Shown: one piece after another, positions 61,656-64,000 of the stretch
Layout: every line of letters starts with the position of its first letter
Numbering within the stretch: position 1 is the stretch's first letter
Assembly (NCBI RefSeq): GCF_006345805.1
Contig: NC_043001.1
Coordinates: forward strand, 101,432,001 to 101,496,000
DNA length: 64,000 nucleotides
Direction of reading: 5' to 3'
Origin: Octopus sinensis
Lineage: Eukaryota
Made by a program: the position numbers and the translations under genes
The notes under the pieces: generated by a model
Told to the model about the DNA's origin: nothing
Seen by the model: the letters and a program-made list of their open reading frames with translations, nothing else
Database searches by the model: none

Positions 61656-61886
61656 AACAATTACAATGGGGAAGGTGTTTATAAGCCATTTAAAACACAC
61701 AAAAGCCATTAGATTCACTTCAACATTTAAATTTAATTTGCTCGTCGCTTTAAGACCATAACCTGTTCACTGACAAAATTCCATGCACGAAAATATTTTG
61801 GCAAATTAAATTTAAATGTTGAAGTGAATCCAACGGTTTTTGTGTAAATAAAATGGCTTATAAACACCTTCCACACTGCAGTTGTT
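61656..61886. mobile_element. Hairpin MITE (~85-bp arms)
   Basis: GGAAGGTGTTTATAAGCCATTT...TTTAAATTTAATTTGC / GCAAATTAAATTTAAA...AAATGGCTTATAAACACCTTCC. Confidence 0.85.
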
Positions 61887-61913
61887 ATATCTATCTATAT
61901 ATATATATATATA

Positions 61914-62395
61914 CAAACTTACTGTTAACAAAATTTGGGATGCATGGCATTCAGTTATTCCATAAATGAAGAATGCATTAAACACTACAAAACGTATGCA
62001 TAGGATAGACAAGGACCCTAGTGTTTCATTACTTATCGAACAAAAATACTAACACCCAGTTTCAATCCTTTAACAATACGACTAGGAACTTTGTATATTG
62101 GTGGTACTTGTAAGATTTGCATGGAATTAGGGCTCAAACAAACAAAACAACACAAGGAGGATGAACAAAAGTAAACTGGTAATTTGGATAGACGAAGACA
62201 ATGAATTAACACCTTATGGCCAAACACCAGATGGATGGATTAACACCCGGAAGAAATCTTCAAATGGATATAAAAAGAGAAATAGCAAGAGAGGAGAGAA
62301 AGTTGACCAGGATGCTAGGCGTCCAGTGGCGAAAAGGCAGGAGACAGAAAATCAGTCAAGGGTCATGTGTGGGCAGCAAATAGAAGGGAAGGAAG

Positions 62396-62432
<37 letters not shown>

Positions 62433-63930
62433 AGGGGAAGGAATATATGCATATATTCCTTTATTCATTTTTCTTTTATTTGACTCAGTCATTTGACTGC
62501 AGCCATGCTGGAGCACTACCATTAGTCGAGCAAATCGACCCTAGGAATTATTCTTTGTAAGACTAGGAATTAATCTCTTTTGCTGAATCACTAAGTTACA
62601 GAGACGTAAACACACTAGTATCAGTTGTCAAGCAATGTTGGGGGGGGGGGAATGCACAGACACACAAACATATATATGTATATATACATATATAGGACAG
62701 GCATCTTTCAGTTTCCGTCTACCAAATCCACTCGCAAGGCTTTGGTTGGCCCAAGGCTATAGTAGAAGACAGTTGCTCAAGATGCCATGCAGTGGGACTG
62801 AACCTGGAACCATGTGATTGGTAAGCAAATTATTTACCATACAACCACTCCTGTGCCTATAGCAAGCTTCTTACCATACAGGCACTCCTGTGCCTATATA
62901 TATATATATATATATAATATATATATACAAACTTACTGTTAACAAAATTTGGGATGCATGGCATTCAGTTATTCCATAAATGAAGAATGCATTAAACACT
63001 ACAAAACGTATGCATAGGATAGACAAGGACCCTAGTGTTTCATTACTTATCGAACAAAAATACTAACACCCAGTTTCAATCCTTTAACAATACGACTAGG
63101 AACTTTGTATATTGGTGGTACTTGTAAGATTTGCATGGAATTAGGGCTCAAACAAACAAAACAACACAAGGAGGATGAACAAAAGTAAACTGGTAATTTG
63201 GATAGACGAAGACAATGAATTAACACCTTATGGCCAAACACCAGATGGATGGATTAACACCCGGAAGAAATCTTCAAATGGATATAAAAAGAGAAATAGC
63301 AAGAGAGGAGAGAAAGTTGACCAGGATGCTAGGCGTCCAGTGGCGAAAAGGCAGGAGACAGAAAATCAGTCAAGGGTCATGTGTGGGCAGCAAATAGAAG
63401 GGAAGGAAGATGATGAGAGAGAGAGAGAGAGAACAGGGGAAGGAATATATGCATATATTCCTTTATTCATTTTTCTTTTATTTGACTCAGTCATTTGACT
63501 GCAGCCATGCTGGAGCACTACCATTAGTCGAGCAAATCGACCCTAGGAATTATTCTTTGTAAGACTAGGAATTAATCTCTTTTGCTGAATCACTAAGTTA
63601 CAGAGACGTAAACACACTAGTATCAGTTGTCAAGCAATGTTGGGGGGGGGGATGCACAGACACACAACATATATATGTATATATACATATATAGGACAGG
63701 CATCTTTCAGTTTCCGTCTACCAAATCCACTCGCAAGGCTTTGGTTGGCCCAAGGCTATAGTAGAAGACAGTTGCTCAAGATGCCATGCAGTGGGACTGA
63801 ACTGGAAACCATGTGATTGGTAAGCAAATTATTTACCATACAACCACTCTGTGCCTATAGCAAGCTTCTTACCATACAGGCACTCCTGTGCCTATAGCAA
63901 GCTTCTTACCATACAGGCACTCCTGTGCCT
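61914..63930 (+). repeat. Tandem duplication, ~1014-bp unit, each unit carrying two minus-strand SINEs
   Basis: CAAACTTACTGTTAAC at 61914 and 62928; identical ORF pairs offset by 1014; SINEs at 62460-62650/63470-63660 and 62695-62897/63695-63930. Confidence 0.95.
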
Positions 63931-64000
63931 ATATATATATATATAATTGTGTGCCTATATATATATATGTATATATACATATATAGGACAGGCATCTTTC

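Noticed and set aside
62161-62496. 111-aa ORF, duplicated at 63175
   Set aside because: Runs into (AG)n and a SINE; at most a decayed LINE C-terminus; repeated only because of the tandem duplication.

Overview
AT-rich animal genomic DNA, most likely cephalopod (Octopus-like). This assignment is inferred from recalled SINE/LINE families and the extreme microsatellite load; it was not checked against a database. No intact protein-coding gene, rRNA, tRNA or CRISPR array is supportable, so the window reads as intergenic or deep intronic. Nearly all long ORFs in the track are translations of microsatellites. The window is a mosaic of: many 5'-truncated RTE LINE 3' ends with (GAT)n tails, plus RTE RT and endonuclease fragments; decayed R4/Dong, HERO and CR1 LINE pieces; several tRNA-derived SINE families; DNA-transposon relics (Tc1/mariner, hAT with a perfect 8-bp TSD, TTAA piggyBac-like MITEs, a Ginger/KRBA2-like integrase tail); and long simple-repeat arrays. 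The most interesting signal is a set of (TA)n-flanked non-coding elements with fold-back or tandem architecture that carry type I hammerhead-ribozyme cores with short palindromic stem III, as known for Penelope-like elements and retrozymes. The best example is a 510-bp-monomer element at 28883-29924 with one hammerhead in each inverted arm. Decayed hammerhead cores from unrelated families lie at about 1.1, 17.6, 28.3, 31.5 and 61.2 kb. There is also a ~1.07-kb spacerless palindrome (49945-51018) and a ~1014-bp tandem duplication at the window end.
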